From NCBI GenBank assembly GCA_009602735.1, contig WELA01001907.1, positions 80,601 through 144,600 on the forward strand: a stretch of 64,000 nt of DNA. Direction: 5' to 3'. Source of the DNA: Mesotaenium endlicherianum (lineage: Eukaryota). The first letter of the stretch is position 1. The number at the start of each line of letters is the position of its first letter. This document shows positions 61,701 to 64,000 of this stretch, piece after piece. The position numbers and the translations under genes were made by a program. The notes beneath the pieces were generated by a model. The model had not been told where the DNA came from. It did not search any database and worked only from the letters and a program-made list of their open reading frames with translations.

Positions 61701-62502
61701 TGCGAGCAAACAACTTTTTGACGCCCAACAGTGACAAAACAAGCTGTGTTGGCCTTGTAAATTAATATTATGATGAGTGGTAGGTAAATAGTAGGATACA
61801 GATAGGTACTACGTAAGGAGCTTGGAATGGTGGACAGCAGGTAGCTAGGTAGGCTCAATTTAGAGGCATTGCTTTATTTATCACCCAGTGTGTTGGAAGC
61901 ATACTTCCATTTAAAGAAGAGAAATGGATATTTAATATATCTTATGCGATCAAGATGCTCCTGAGGCATTTTGAATGACAGGCTGCTGATATGGCACGGG
62001 GTTCATATATGTGTGTGAATCGAATTATGAGACTATTTCTCTGCTCTCAAAATACAAATTGCTGCAGTATGACACTATTTTGCATCACAAGGTACATAAA
62101 TATGTAAGGACTTCTAGAAATATATGTACATTGCACAAGCCAAAATATTTTCATTCGTGATGGTCCAAATAAACTCTCACTTCGTTGTGGCTGAAGGAAA
62201 TACTTCTCAACAAGTAAACTAGAACTCCGCAATTGGTAAGTGAATGAACTTCCACTTTGTTGTGGCTGAATGAAATACGAATCAACTAGCTGAATTGAAT
62301 TCTCCAGCTGCACAATCACTGAAAAGCTGCCGCTTTGACGCCAACTGCAATCATTCCTCCTGGTTCCAAAAGCAAGCCCATCTGGTTGGTCTTGCAATGT
62401 AGTCATTGTGGGTAAGGGAGTGATATTGCACAGAGAGGTTTGAAACCGACATGTGACCAATTGTCGGCAAACTACTTCCGCAATCTGTGCACGATGGAAA
62501 AT

Positions 62503-62889
62503 TGAAATGAATCGACTTACCAAATAGGCGATAAACAATTAATAAAGATCTTTATATCAGCAAGTAATCTTTGTGGTATTTTCCATTAACTAGTTAAACG
62601 GCAAAAGACAACACACTAGCAGTGAACAATATTCGTAAGTCAAATGCAAGTAAATTAGCATCAATAATGCAATCAGTAAACTCGTACATAAGCAAGGTTA
62701 GAAGACAGTGCGTATCAATGGCTTCTCGCCTTGGATTCAGGTTTCTCTCAGTAAGCTGTACAAGAGAGTTGGCCTCGTTTCCGAATGCCGAACTTGAGAA
62801 CAATGCCTAGCAGATGTACATGGAATGAGTATACTGTTCAACGGCCAGTGCGATGGCACCGCCTCCCCGGGAGTTAACCACGTCGGTAG
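62503..62889 (-). repeat. D-family LTR (3' 387 bp visible; 3' or solo LTR), interrupted by a B-family element
   Basis: Reverse complement of about 36150-36538; no PBS adjacent. Confidence 0.93.
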
Positions 62890-64000
62890 TGTAGTGAAAC
62901 AGATAGATAAAGTACTTAGTAAAACAAAATAGTTTATCTATTCAAGACAAGGATCTTTGAACACAAGTGGTAGCTTCTTGAAAGAGAGATGGCTTCTTGA
63001 AAGTTAATATATTTCTGGATTTTGGCAAGTACAAGAGTGATTCTGGAATGTCTTTCTATGTTCTAGCTCTTGTTTATATACTTGCTACATCAGTAATTTC
63101 TAGGAAGGTGTATGTTGATGTGTTGGCACCCAACACATCCCAAAACTTGCCACCTCTTTCTAGAATAATGTACACATGTCCTTTTGACCTAAAAATGGCA
63201 CATTTGACTTTTGCCACATGGAGTTCTTCTAGGTCTTTCCTCTAACTTCGAAAATGCCTTGGAAGGTTCAAAGGACATGAACCAAGTTACTAGAGTACCT
63301 ATTCACACTTGACTCCACACACTACTACTCCAAATATATTTGAAAACATTAAAATATATGCAAACTAATATATAATAACTCAAATCACTACATCAACCCC
63401 CCAATAGAAAAAGCGACGTCTCGGCGCGTCAAGTCAGGTCTTACACATGTGGAGCAAACTAGTCAACGATTTCAAGTCAGATGCCACACATGTGAAGAGG
63501 ACTAGTCAAAGGCGCCAAGTCAGGTGCTACACATGTAAGGTAGACTAGGCAAGGTCGTAGGTGGTGTGACCTTATTGGCTAGCCTACTCCTTAATGATAA
63601 AGAAAAGTGTACAAGTTGGCCCAGAATCTGCCATGAATTCAAAAATTCATAGCGGCCACAGAACTGCTTTAAATCAGAAAATTTGAGTGCCAGATGGACT
63701 GCGTCAGAGAACTCTACCGGGTCACCAAAGTTGAGAGCATTCTAATTTCTGGAGTGTCGTTGAGAGCTGAGAGAGTAGGCACTCCTCCAAATCTGTGCAG
63801 AAACTTCTGATAATCATAAGTCCTTCTTTACTTCTCCAAATTCTGCAAACCAAGTCTCAAACTGGGCGCTGTAAGATGTTCTACCAGTGGCTTGAAATTC
63901 AGAGCATTCCAAGTTCAGGGGAGGGCACAATGTCAGAGGGCATATTCTGCCCTAACAATGCCAGCAGCCTGACCCCCTTCTACTTAGAGCATCATATCTC
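62890..64000 (-). mobile_element. Second B-family chromovirus copy: 3' LTR (62890-63392), PPT (about 63393-63403) and 3' UTR, running off the window
   Basis: Reverse complement of LTR 13002-13502 and of about 18570-19074; TTGGGGGGTTGA immediately before the LTR. Confidence 0.95.

Noticed and set aside
62178..62286. Two ~34-bp imperfect direct repeats 75 bp apart (CRISPR-like spacing)
   Set aside because: Only two degenerate units, eukaryotic context and no cas genes; an ordinary tandem duplication.

Overview
Eukaryotic, plant/green-algal-type genomic DNA (tRNA-iMet-primed Ty3/Gypsy elements, GT-AG introns, (GA)n tracts, scaffold N-gaps). It consists almost entirely of nested transposons. One probable host exon lies at 441-1181 (-). 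Element A (2829-21574) is a decayed integrase-type Gypsy. It carries a frameshifted but recognisable C5-cytosine methyltransferase between protease and RT, a PHD-finger start after integrase, and non-canonical A1...B1-A2-B2 split-direct-repeat termini. An intact chromovirus (B, from 13002) is inserted in its PHD finger. 22.3-27.1 kb holds Gypsy remnants, including element E (LTR 24521-25441, PBS, gag) fused to the C-terminal half of a second, unrelated C5-methyltransferase. Chromovirus C (32440-49748, TSD CCTGT) contains chromovirus D (35818-44905, TSD TGTGT, with an extra 3' ORF) and an internally deleted piggyBac (47137-49228, TTAA). The DNA around C (about 27-32 kb plus 49.8-62 kb) is a compact array of alternating divergent/convergent decayed genes. 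It includes a CACTA/EnSpm(Plavaka)-like transposase and reused inverted intergenic modules, and may be a giant cargo-carrying DNA transposon. The window ends in a D-family LTR interrupted by a second B-family element (- strand). All alignments and motif calls were made by eye.
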